The notes below the pieces were generated by a model. The model did no database searches, was not told the DNA's origin, and worked only from the letters and a program-made list of their open reading frames with translations. From assembly GCA_963750165.1 (NCBI GenBank), contig CAVVPN010000012.1:576001-640000 (forward strand): 64,000 nucleotides of DNA, given 5' to 3'. Position 1 is the first letter of the stretch. Each line of letters opens with the position of its first letter. A program made the translations under genes and the position numbers. Source of the DNA: an uncultured Gemmataceae bacterium. Lineage in GTDB: Bacteria; Planctomycetota; Planctomycetia; Gemmatales; Gemmataceae. Below, in pieces: positions 8,489 through 18,293 of the stretch.

Positions 8489-9676
8489 ATGACCATGCAG
8501 ATCGGTTATTGCACGAACGTCCACGCCGGCCCCGACCTGGAACAAACCGGCCAGAACCTGGAGCGCTACGCCCTGGCGGTCAAGCGGCGGTTCAGTCAGG
8601 ACGCACCGATGGGCGTTGGCCTGTGGTTGGCGGCGTCGGCCGCACACCAGCTTCAGCGCGAACGCCGCGTGGCAGACTTCGCGGCCTGGTTGACAGAGGT
8701 CGGCCTGGTGCCGTTCACGTTCAACGGCTTCCCCTACGGCGACTTTCACCAGACCGTCGTCAAGCATCAGGTGTATCTGCCGACCTGGTGGGAATCGGCC
8801 CGGCTGGAGTACACGCAGGCACTCATCCGCATTCAGCACGGCCTGCTGCCGCGCGGCCTGGAGGGCAGCATCTCGACGCTGCCGGTCGCCTGGGGCCAGC
8901 CGGCGCCGACGCGCGAACAGCTGGCCCAGGCCGGCGCCGCTCTGCGGCAGGTCGCCCGTCAGCTGGCGGCGCTGGAGGCGGACACCGGCCGCCTGATCCG
9001 CCTGGCCATCGAGCCCGAGCCCGGCTGCGTCTTGCAGTACAGCTGCGATGTGGTGCGCTTCTTCGAGGAGCACCTGTGGCCCGGCCCGGACGAGGCCGCG
9101 GTGCGCCGCTACCTGGGCGTCTGCCATGACGTGTGCCACGCCGCGGTGATGTTCGAGGATCAAGAGGAAGTGCTGCGCCGCTACCACGCGGCGGGTATTG
9201 CGGTGCCGAAGGTGCAAATCTCGTCTGCAGTGGCGCTGCCGCTGGACGAACTGGACGCGGCGGAGCGGCCGGCGGCGCTGGCGCAGCTGGCGGGCTTCCA
9301 CGAGGAGCGTTATCTGCATCAGACAATGGTGCGGCCGCGGCCGGACGCGCCACCGGTCTTCCACGAGGACCTGCACCTGGCTCTGGCCGCAGCCCGCGAC
9401 CGCCCGCTGACCGGCGAGTGGCGCGTCCACTTCCATGTGCCGGTGTACCTGCAGCGCTTCGGCCGGTTGCGGGCATTGCAACCGCCGATCCTGGACTGCG
9501 TGCGTCTCAACGCGGAACTCGGCCTGACGCGGCACCTGGAAGTGGAGACGTACGCCTGGACGGTGCTGCCGCCGGAGTTGCGGCAGCCCGACCTGGCGGC
9601 CGGCATCGCGGAAGAGATGGCGTGGCTGGAGCAGTGGTGTCTGCCGGTGCGCCGCGATTCAGGGCAGAGGAGTTGA
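8489..9676 (+). CDS. eboE: Metabolite traffic protein EboE (xylose-isomerase-like TIM barrel)
   Basis: GYCTNVH, TFNGFPYGDFH..VVK..VY.P.W, LAIEPEPGC, GVCHDVCH.AV.FE, WRVHFHVP, HLEVETY.W..LP. Confidence 0.9.
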   Translation: MTMQIGYCTNVHAGPDLEQTGQNLERYALAVKRRFSQDAPMGVGLWLAASAAHQLQRERRVADFAAWLTEVGLVPFTFNGFPYGDFHQTVVKHQVYLPTWWESARLEYTQALIRIQHGLLPRGLEGSISTLPVAWGQPAPTREQLAQAGAALRQVARQLAALEADTGRLIRLAIEPEPGCVLQYSCDVVRFFEEHLWPGPDEAAVRRYLGVCHDVCHAAVMFEDQEEVLRRYHAAGIAVPKVQISSAVALPLDELDAAERPAALAQLAGFHEERYLHQTMVRPRPDAPPVFHEDLHLALAAARDRPLTGEWRVHFHVPVYLQRFGRLRALQPPILDCVRLNAELGLTRHLEVETYAWTVLPPELRQPDLAAGIAEEMAWLEQWCLPVRRDSGQRS

Positions 9677-9714
9677 CTCCGACTACGGCGGAACCGGACG
9701 GACTGCTTGCTTCC

Positions 9715-10653
9715 CTACAGCTTGCGCGGCGGCTGCACCAGCACCGGCACGGTCGCGCTGCGCACCACCTTGTCGGCGACGCTGCCGAGGAACATCCGCG
9801 CCAGGCCGTGGCGGGCGTGCGTCCGCAGGGCGACGAAATCGACCGGCGCCACCGCCTGCCGCAGGATGGCCGTTGCCGGCTGATTCTCCAGGACGACCCG
9901 GGTGTGGACGGTCAGCCCGCGCGCCCGCATCGGCCCGGCCATCTTGTTCAGGTACGCCAGCGCCTGCTTGCACAGCGCCTCCTGGGCGATCTCGATCTGG
10001 TCGATCAGCGCGTTGGCCACGCGCTCCATCGTCGCGTCATCGACCTGATAGGGCATCGGCATCACCGGCTTGACAGTCTGCAAGAGCGTGTACTCCGCCT
10101 GGCTCAGCATCCCCAGGTTGATGGCCGGCTCCAGCACTTCCTCGGCCAGCACCGAGCCGTCCAGCGGGATCAGCAGGTGCCGTGGCAGCGGGTCGCGAGT
10201 CCAGTCCACCTTCTCGGCGGTCGGCCGCATCACCAGCACGGGGGCCGGCGCGTCACGCAGCAGGTCATCGGTAACGCTGCCAATCCAGAACCGGCTCAGC
10301 GGACTGCGGCCGTGCGTCGTCATCACGATCAGGTCCGTCGCGCTGTCCCGGGCCAGCTGCCGCAGCTGGTCGTCCACCGACCCCTCCAGCGCGTGGACGG
10401 TGATCGGGGTCGGCGTCAGCTGCCGCAGCCGCTCCGCCATCCTGTGCAGGTATTCGGTCTGCCGTTGCCGCAGGTAGCGTTCGACCGCATCGTCGGGGAA
10501 CAGGTAGCCCTCGACGAAAATGCTACCCAGCGGGGCGAACACATTAACGAGTTGCAACCGGGCGTCACAGCGGCGGGCGATGTGCGCGGCCACCGGCAGG
10601 GCGTGCTCGCCGAACGCGGAACCGTCCAGAGGCACCATCACGGAGCGGTACAT
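9715..10653 (-). CDS. Tandem-domain universal stress protein
   Basis: Two USP units: VPLDGS..GEHAL / MTTHGRS..RFWIGSVTD and IPLDGS.LAE / THARHGLARMFLGSVADKVVR. Confidence 0.95.
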   Translation of the reverse strand: MYRSVMVPLDGSAFGEHALPVAAHIARRCDARLQLVNVFAPLGSIFVEGYLFPDDAVERYLRQRQTEYLHRMAERLRQLTPTPITVHALEGSVDDQLRQLARDSATDLIVMTTHGRSPLSRFWIGSVTDDLLRDAPAPVLVMRPTAEKVDWTRDPLPRHLLIPLDGSVLAEEVLEPAINLGMLSQAEYTLLQTVKPVMPMPYQVDDATMERVANALIDQIEIAQEALCKQALAYLNKMAGPMRARGLTVHTRVVLENQPATAILRQAVAPVDFVALRTHARHGLARMFLGSVADKVVRSATVPVLVQPPRKL

Positions 10654-10704
10654 GGCTTGCTCCTTTCCTCGATCCGGGAGAGGATTTGTCGCGCTAGAAT
10701 AGAA

Positions 10705-10720
10705 AGCAAAGCCTGTGCCT
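10705..10720 (-). promoter_or_regulatory. Candidate sigma-54 (-24/-12) promoter for the USP gene
   Basis: Minus strand AGGCACAGGCTTTGCT fits GG-N10-GC, about 50 nt upstream of the ATG. Confidence 0.5.
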
Positions 10721-10946
10721 GTTCCACAAATCGTTTAACACAAGCTGGTTGCTGAACTGCTGCCGGCTCCAGTGATGTGCGATTCCGGGACAGTTTCTCC
10801 GGACTTGCTCCGGTTCCGCACAGCAGGGCAGCCGCCGCTTGCACAAACGCCACAACCGGCAACCTCGGGCTGCGAAAACCAGCGGGCCCAGCACGACGAC
10901 AGATTGCTTCTGGAGTTCCCGGCCGCCGGCCTTTATCCTGGCATTT

Positions 10947-11891
10947 ATGCTTCCCACTGACGAACTGCCGCTGAACCGCCTGCACCAGGGCGATTGCCTG
11001 CATTTGTTGCCGCGTGTACCGAACGGGACCATCGACCTGGCCTTCGCGGACCCGCCCTTCAACATCGGCTACGAATACGATGTCTACGACGACCGCCGCG
11101 ACGCTCCGCATTACCTGGACTGGTGCCGCAAATGGGGCACGGAGGTTGTGCGCGTCCTCAAGCCCACGGGCACCTTCTGGCTGGCCATCGGCGACGAGTA
11201 CGCGGCCGAGCTGAAATTGCTCTTCCAGAATCTGGGCCTGACCTGTCGCAACTGGGTGATCTGGTACTACACCTTCGGCGTCCACTGCTCGAAGAAATTC
11301 AGCCGCTCGCACGCCCACCTGTTCTACTTTGTCAAGGACGCCCGGCACTTCACTTTCAACGCGGACGCCGTGCGCGTGCCGTCAGCCCGGCAACTGGTCT
11401 ACGCCGACGCCCGCGCTGACGCCCGCGGTCGGGTGCCGGACGACACCTGGATTCTGCGGCCGCAGGATCTGCGCGACGGCTTCGACCCATTGGAAGACAC
11501 GTGGTATGTGCCGCGCGTGTGCGGCACCTTCAAGGAGCGGGCCGGCTGGCACGGCTGTCAGATGCCGGAGCAGTTGCTCGGCCGCATCATCCGGGCGTGC
11601 TCGAACCCGGGCGAGACGGTGCTGGACCCGTTCGGCGGCAGCGGCACCACGTTGACGGTGGCGAAGAAGCTGGGCCGGCACTGGCTGGGCTTCGAGTTGT
11701 CGCCCGAGTATGCGCGGCAGACGGAGGCCCGGCTGGAGGCGGCCGCGGTCGGCCAACCGCTGGTGGGCGCGGAGGAGCCGCGGACCAGCGCCCCGGCGAC
11801 CGCTGACGGCAAGGTGCGGCCGCAGGACGCGGCCGGGGTTGCAAGCGGCCGGCGGCGCCGTAAAAAGGGCCAGGAAAACGGGCTCTACTGA
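10947..11891 (+). CDS. Orphan beta-class N6-adenine/N4-cytosine DNA methyltransferase
   Basis: [16 protein letters not shown] (motif IV) precedes HGCQMP and [11 protein letters not shown] (motif I); no endonuclease nearby. Confidence 0.92.
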   Translation: MLPTDELPLNRLHQGDCLHLLPRVPNGTIDLAFADPPFNIGYEYDVYDDRRDAPHYLDWCRKWGTEVVRVLKPTGTFWLAIGDEYAAELKLLFQNLGLTCRNWVIWYYTFGVHCSKKFSRSHAHLFYFVKDARHFTFNADAVRVPSARQLVYADARADARGRVPDDTWILRPQDLRDGFDPLEDTWYVPRVCGTFKERAGWHGCQMPEQLLGRIIRACSNPGETVLDPFGGSGTTLTVAKKLGRHWLGFELSPEYARQTEARLEAAAVGQPLVGAEEPRTSAPATADGKVRPQDAAGVASGRRRRKKGQENGLY

Positions 11892-11920
11892 CCACCCTTT
11901 CCCGAGCAAGGATTTCTCTC

Positions 11921-12736
11921 ATGTCCCACGGCGCCGACAAGCACATGGAGCACGCCGAGCACGCCCAGCACGCAGCCCACAGCCCCTTCGACCGCGGCGT
12001 GGCCATGTCGATCGCCATCATGGCGGCGGCGCTGGCGGGCGTGACGCTGCTCAGCCACCGCGGCCACACCGAGGTGCTGCGCCTGGCCAACGAGGCCAAC
12101 ATCTATCACACCAAGAAGTCCGACCAGTACAGCTTTTACCAGGCCAAGAACATCCGCAGTTACGAGTTCCAGTCCTTCCTGATGCTGTCCAAGATGCTCG
12201 CCAAGGACAGGGACGTGGACCTGAAGTTCGTGGCCCAGGCTCAAAAAATCTGGATCAAGCAGGTCAACAAGTATGAGGGTGATGTGTCGAAAGGCAAAGA
12301 CGAGAAGCCTTACTGGACGCTGATGGACCTGTACCTGCAGGGCAAGGAGAAGGACCGGCCGAAGCGCTTCGACGCGAAGCATAGCGAGTTGACCGCCATG
12401 CTGCAGGAGGCGAAGGACCTGGAGGACAAGGCGAACACCTTCGAGCACGCCAGCCACGAGCTGCACGAGCACGTGAACTGGATCGACTATGGCCATCTGG
12501 CGCTGGAGCTGGGGATCGTGTTCGCGTCCATCGGCGTGCTGACCAGGTCGCGGCCGTTCTGGTTCACGGGCATTGCAGTGGGCGTGCTCGGCCTGGGCCT
12601 GGCGGGTTACGGTTGGGTCGGTGAGCTGTCGATGAAGCCGCTGCCCGCCGCGCACGCCACCCCCGCCGACGGCGACCATTCGGGCGACGGCCACAAGGAG
12701 AGCGGCAAGAAGGACAGCAAATCCTCCGGCCATTGA
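11921..12736 (+). CDS. DUF4337-like membrane protein
   Basis: His-rich N-terminus, TM helix, SDQYSFYQAKNIR, LELGIVFASIGVLT, C-terminal TM. Confidence 0.75.
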   Translation: MSHGADKHMEHAEHAQHAAHSPFDRGVAMSIAIMAAALAGVTLLSHRGHTEVLRLANEANIYHTKKSDQYSFYQAKNIRSYEFQSFLMLSKMLAKDRDVDLKFVAQAQKIWIKQVNKYEGDVSKGKDEKPYWTLMDLYLQGKEKDRPKRFDAKHSELTAMLQEAKDLEDKANTFEHASHELHEHVNWIDYGHLALELGIVFASIGVLTRSRPFWFTGIAVGVLGLGLAGYGWVGELSMKPLPAAHATPADGDHSGDGHKESGKKDSKSSGH

Positions 12737-12759
12737 ATGCGGTGTCACTTGCGACGGGT

Positions 12760-12962
12760 AAACTCTTCGGCGTCGCCGTAATCAGCGAACCCCGGGGCCT
12801 GCCAGTAGGGTCGCAACAACTCTCGATCTCGGTGCCGAGCAGCTCCTTGACGGCCGCGTGCGTTCGGCACTCCGGCCACGGTTTGGTCGCGGGTGTCACA
12901 TCGTCAACAGCGAACGTGACGCCTGATTGGTGCGCGGTGTTCTGCACGGATTTCCCCCTCAT
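12760..12962 (-). pseudogene. Possible N-terminal fragment of a DUF4419-like gene
   Basis: GVTFAVDDVTPATKPWPECRTHAAVKELLGTEIESC; similarity ends abruptly. Confidence 0.3.
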
Positions 12963-13203
12963 CGTAAGCAGTGGCGTTTCCAGGTCTTCTCCGACCCGTC
13001 CCACAAACCAGACACCATTACTACACCGGAGGTTCCCGGCGTCAAGGGCTCAGCAGGTAGCCCTGGGTCACCTCGCCCGTGTTGAGCGGTTGGGCGGTTG
13101 GCAAATTCTATAGAATTTCCTTGCCATCCCTGAGCGCGGCGGTTACAATCTCCTTCATCTACACCAACCCCGCCGCGCCCACCTGCCCGCCGGAGTATTC
13201 GCC

Positions 13204-13926
13204 TTGTCCGTCCCGCGTTCGACCAAACCGCCGAAGGCCCACCACGGCCTACGCCGCCAGGCCATCGTGCAATCGCTGCTCACCGACGTGTTCCAGGGCG
13301 ACCTGCGCCCCGGCCAGCGCCTGGTGACGCAGGACCTGGCCGAGCGCTTCGGCGTCAGCCACACCCCCATCCGCGAGGCCCTGATCGCGCTGGCTGGCGT
13401 TGGCATCCTCGATCTGCTACCCAACCGCGGCGCCGTGGTGCGCCGCGTCACCGCCCGCGACGTGCGCGAGGTCTGCCAGGTGCGCCGGGCCCTGGAATGC
13501 GAGGCCACACGCAACGCCTGCGGCCGCATCCTCAAGGGCGATCTCGACGAGTTGGCCGCCCACCTGAAGCGGCTGATGGCGGTCACGCAGCCGGCGAAGG
13601 GCTGCTTCCTCGACGAGGCCCGTGCCGTGGACACACGCCTGCACGACCTGATCGCCGCCAACTGCGGCAATACCTTTTTGGCGAATGAACTGGGCCGGCT
13701 GAAAATGTTGTTCCGGGCCTTTCGGGATGTCTCGTATGTGCGACACGAGGCGCGCAACGACTTTCGCAGGCTGGCGGAGGAGGCGGGCGAGCACCTGGCG
13801 ATTGTCGAGGCGCTGCTGGCGGGCGACCGCCGGGCCGCGGCGCGGGCGATGGCCCGTCACATTCAGTCCGGCGTGACCTACTGGACGCGCTCGCTGCCGG
13901 ACGCGGCCACGGAGAGCCAGCCATGA
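13204..13926 (+). CDS. GntR/FadR-family transcriptional regulator (FCD domain)
   Basis: LRPGQRLVTQDLAERFGVSHTPIREAL..L HTH; EHLAIVEALLAGD...AMARHI. Confidence 0.95.
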   Translation: MSVPRSTKPPKAHHGLRRQAIVQSLLTDVFQGDLRPGQRLVTQDLAERFGVSHTPIREALIALAGVGILDLLPNRGAVVRRVTARDVREVCQVRRALECEATRNACGRILKGDLDELAAHLKRLMAVTQPAKGCFLDEARAVDTRLHDLIAANCGNTFLANELGRLKMLFRAFRDVSYVRHEARNDFRRLAEEAGEHLAIVEALLAGDRRAAARAMARHIQSGVTYWTRSLPDAATESQP

Positions 13927-16417
13927 CGTATCGCTGTGTCCTCGTCCTGATCGTCATCGCCTTCGGGGCCGGTGCCGCCCGCGCCGACGGCACGGTCGAT
14001 TTCAACCGCGACATTCTGCCCATTCTGTCGGACAAATGCTTCGCCTGCCACGGCCCCGACGCCAAGGTCCGCAAGGCCGGCTTCCGCCTCGACCGCAAGG
14101 AGGGCGCCTTCAAGGCGCTGCGCGACGGCAGCCACGCCATTGTGCCAGGCAAGCGCGACGCCAGCGAGTTGGTCCGCCGCATCACCAGCAAAGACAGGAC
14201 CGAGGTGATGCCGCCGCCCAAGGCCAACCGCCAGCTAACGCCCCGGCAGATCCAGCTCCTGACGCGTTGGGTGGACGAGGGGGCGGTCTGGGGCAAGCAC
14301 TGGGCGCATGTGTCCCCGAAGCGGCCCGAGTTGCCGGCGGTCAAGAACAAGGCGTGGCCGCGCAACGGCATCGACTATTTCGTGCTGGCCCGGCTGGAGC
14401 GCGAGGGTTTGCGGCCGTCCGCCGAGGCGACCCACGAGCAACTCATCCGTCGCGTCACGCTCGACCTGACCGGTCTGCCGCCGACGCTCGCGGAGATTGA
14501 CGCCTTCCTGGCGGATAAATCGCCCAACGCCTACGAGCGCGTCGTGGATCGGCTGCTGAAGTCGCCGCACTACGGCGAGCGCATGGCGTGGGACTGGCTG
14601 GACGCGGCCCGCTATGCCGACTCCAACGGCTATCAGGGCGACCCCGACCGAACCATGTGGCCGTGGCGCGACTGGGTGGTCAAGGCGCTCAACCAGAACA
14701 TGCCCTTCGACCGCTTCACCATCTATCAGATTGCCGGCGACCTGATCCCCAACGCGACGCTGGAGCAGAAGATCGCGACCGGCTTCAACCGCAACCACAT
14801 GCACAACGGCGAGGGCGGCCGCATCGCCGAGGAGACGCGCGTTGAGAACGTGTTTGATCGGGTGGAGACGACGGCGACCGTCTGGCTCGGCGCGACCATC
14901 GGCTGTGCTCGTTGCCACGACCACCGCTTCGACCCGTTCACGCAGAAAGAGTATTACCAGCTTTACGACTTCTTCAACCAGACGAGCGAGGACGGCGGCA
15001 TCCGTGGCGGTCAGGTGCCGCCCGTGCTGGAGGTGGCGACACCGCAGGACCGCGCCCGCCTGGCCGAGCTGCGGCAAAAGGCCAACGCCGTCGGCGCCGA
15101 GGTGGCGGCCCTGGAAAAGACGCTGTTCCCGCGGCCCGACGGCAAGGGCGTCGCGGAGTCCGTCAAGGTGAAGGGACTGCCGAGTAAGATCGTTGGCGAG
15201 TTGAAGAAGGCGCCCGCGAGTCGCGGGCTCAACAGTCTGCGCGACCTCATCAAGCAGTTCGAGAAGGCCGAGCCGGCGTATGGTAAAGCGCTGACGAAAC
15301 TGTGGGCGGCTGTCGCGGAGCGCGAGCGGACCAATGCGACGCTGCCGCGCGTCATGGTGATGGATCAGATGAAGACGCCGCGCACCACGTATGTGCTGGT
15401 CCGCGGGGCGTACGACAAACACGACGTGAAGGTGACCGCGGGTGTGCCGGCGAGTCTGCCCCCGCTGCGCGAACGCGCCACGCAACCGCCTGGGGCTGGC
15501 CTACTGGCTGGTCGATCCCGCCAACCCGTTGACGGCGCGCGTCACGGTCAACCGCTACTGGCAGACGTTCTTCGGCGCCGGCCTCGTGCGCACGGTGGTG
15601 GACTTCGGCGTGCAGGGCGAGCGGCCGTCGCACCCCGAGCTGCTCGACTGGCTGGCGACCGAGTTCGTCCGCACCGGCTGGGACGTGAAGAAGTTGCACA
15701 AGCTCATCGTCACCAGCGCCACCTATCGGCAGTCGTCGAAGGTGACGCCGGCGCTGCGCGAGCGCGACCCGGACAACCGCCTGCTGGCGCGGGGCACGCT
15801 TCCGCCTGCCGGCGTGGATGATCCGCGACCAGGCACTGGCGTTGTCCGGCCTGCTGGTCGAGAAGGTCGGCGGCCCGCCGGTGCGGCCGTACCAGCCCGC
15901 GGGCGTCTGGGAGGAGGCCACCTTCGGACAGAAAGTCTACAAACAGGACAAAGGCGAGTCCCTGTATCGCCGCAGCATTTACGTGTTCTGGCGGCGCATC
16001 GTTGGCCCGACGATGTTCTTCGACAATGCCATGCGGCAGTACTGCGACCCGCGGGTGCGGCGCAGCAATACCCCCCTGCACGCCCTGGTGATTCTCAACG
16101 ACCCCACGTACACCGAGGCGGCCCGTGCCCAGGCTCAGCGCCTGCTGGAACGCGACAAGCTCGCGACCGATGAGCGCCTGGCCCTGGCGTGGCGCACGGC
16201 GACCGCCCGGACGCCGACCGACCGGGAGCGGTTGCTGCTGCGCCAGGCATATGACAGGATTCGCGCTGACTACGCCGCCGACCGCAACGCGGCGTTGAAG
16301 GTGCTGGGCGTCGGCGAGTCGCTGCGCAACCAGAAGCTCGACCCGGTCGAGCACGCCACGCTGACCGCGGTGTGTCACCTGCTATACAACCTGGACGAAG
16401 CCCTCACGAGGCAGTGA
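13923..16417 (+). CDS. Planctomycete cytochrome c + DUF1549 (PSCyt2) + DUF1553 (PSD1) protein; two frameshifts (~15480, ~15800)
   Basis: [61 protein letters not shown] spread over three consecutive frames. Confidence 0.92.
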
Positions 16418-16420
16418 CTC

Positions 16421-17884
16421 ATGGACCCGATCCTGGCACGACAGGCACACCTGACCCGACGGCAGTTCTTCGGCCGTTCGGCACTGGGGCTCGGCACCGC
16501 AGCGCTGGCGACGCTGCTGCAGCGCGACGGCACCGCAGCAGCCCAGACGCCGGCGCGGATCGGTGGTTTGGCGGGGGTGCCGCACTTCGCGGCGAAGGCC
16601 AAGCGCGTCATCTACCTGTTTCAGAACGGCGCCCCGACACACGTCGATCTCTTCGACTACAAGCCGGGCATGGAGCGCTGGCGCGGCCGCGAAATCCCGC
16701 CGGAAATCCGCGGCAACCGCCGCCTGTCCACCATGACCAGCGGCCAGGGCTCCAAGCCGGTGTTGCCGCCGATCACGCGCTTCGCCCGTCACGGCCAGAG
16801 CGGCGCCTGGGTCTGCGACTTCTTGCCGCACATGGCGTCCATCGCGGACGAGCTGTGTTTCGTCAAGTCGATGCACACCGAGGCGGTCAACCACGCGCCG
16901 GCGATCACGTTCCTGCTGACGGGCTCGGAACAGGCGGGCCGGCCGAGCATGGGCGCCTGGCTGACCTATGGCCTCGGTAGCGACACGCAGGAGTTGCCGG
17001 CGTTCGTAGTGATGACCTCACGCGACCGTGAGGCGTCGTGTGGCCAGATTTTCTACGATTTTTACTGGGGCAGCGGCTTTCTGCCGTCGCGCTTCCAGGG
17101 TGTGCAGTTCCGCGGCAGCGGCGACCCAGTGCTGTACCTGTCGAACCCGGCGGGCGTCAGCCGCGAGGTCCGCCGCGCCCAGCTCGACGGCATCGCCCGG
17201 TTGAACCAGGAGACGCTGCGCGAGTTCGGCGACCCGGAGATCGCGACGCGCATCACCCAGTACGAGATGGCGTACCGCATGCAGGCGAGCGTGCCGGAGT
17301 TGACCGATTTCCGCGACGAGCCGGCGCGTGTGCTGGAGCGCTACGGCCCGGACGTGCGGCGGCAAGGTTCGTTCGCGTACAACTGCCTGATGGCGCGGCG
17401 GCTGGCGGAGCGCGGCGTGCGCTTCATCCAGGTAATGCACGCCGGCTGGGACCAGCACCGCAATCTGAACACACAACTGCGTATCCAGTGCCGCGACACC
17501 GACGCGCCTTCGGTGGCGCTGGTAAAGGACCTGAAGGAGCGCGGCCTGCTCGACGAGACGCTGGTGATCTGGGGGGGTGAGTTCGGCCGCACGCCGTTCC
17601 TGCAGGGCCGGATCGAGGAGACGAGCGTGTGGGGCCGCGACCATCACCCCTACGGCTTCACGGTCTGGCTGGCCGGCGGCGGCGTCAAGGGGGGCACGAC
17701 CTACGGCGCCACCGATGAGTTCGCTCACAACGCGCTGGTGAACCCGGTGCATGTGCATGATTTGCAGGCGACGATTCTGCATCTGCTGGGCATCGACCAT
17801 CGGCGGCTGACGTTCCGCTTCCAGGGTCGCGACTTCCGGCTGACTGACGTGCATGGCGGCGTGGTGGAAGGCATTCTCGGTTGA
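16421..17884 (+). CDS. DUF1501 protein with Tat signal
   Basis: TRRQFFGRS; AKRVIYLFQNGAPTHVDLFDYKP; WGGEFGRTP; GRDHH. Confidence 0.95.
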   Translation: MDPILARQAHLTRRQFFGRSALGLGTAALATLLQRDGTAAAQTPARIGGLAGVPHFAAKAKRVIYLFQNGAPTHVDLFDYKPGMERWRGREIPPEIRGNRRLSTMTSGQGSKPVLPPITRFARHGQSGAWVCDFLPHMASIADELCFVKSMHTEAVNHAPAITFLLTGSEQAGRPSMGAWLTYGLGSDTQELPAFVVMTSRDREASCGQIFYDFYWGSGFLPSRFQGVQFRGSGDPVLYLSNPAGVSREVRRAQLDGIARLNQETLREFGDPEIATRITQYEMAYRMQASVPELTDFRDEPARVLERYGPDVRRQGSFAYNCLMARRLAERGVRFIQVMHAGWDQHRNLNTQLRIQCRDTDAPSVALVKDLKERGLLDETLVIWGGEFGRTPFLQGRIEETSVWGRDHHPYGFTVWLAGGGVKGGTTYGATDEFAHNALVNPVHVHDLQATILHLLGIDHRRLTFRFQGRDFRLTDVHGGVVEGILG

Positions 17885-17939
17885 AATAATATTTTCCACA
17901 TCCAGTTGCGGGAAAAAGTGCGGCGAGGGAGGGCGACGC

Positions 17940-18200
17940 GTGCCGAAAGCCCAGCGACAACTTCACCCATCGATTGAGGCGCTCGTCCGCAAACAACTGG
18001 AGGGCGATGAGATCGTTTACGGTTGGAGCGAGGTTACCCCGGGAGAGATCAGGGTGCAACTCATCAGTGAGAACTTGCACCGAATCTGTGCTCCCATTGC
18101 CAAGAAATTCGGTCGCGGCGCCGGATGTGGGCGAACGTTGGAGTTCAAATTGCTAGACGGCGAGTGGGTGTTTCAAGGTGTAGGCGGTTGGATCTCGTAG
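17940..18200 (+). CDS. Small hypothetical protein (lower-GC insert)
   Basis: GTG start preceded by GGGAGGG; 86 aa; no motif recognised. Confidence 0.5.
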   Translation: MPKAQRQLHPSIEALVRKQLEGDEIVYGWSEVTPGEIRVQLISENLHRICAPIAKKFGRGAGCGRTLEFKLLDGEWVFQGVGGWIS

Positions 18201-18293
18201 CCGCCAGTTCATGGTGGTGATCGATCATGCATGGTTCCAAGTCTCACTCAGTGGTTACGGCTGCTGAACTTGGTGGTTAGAAGGGCAGCAACG

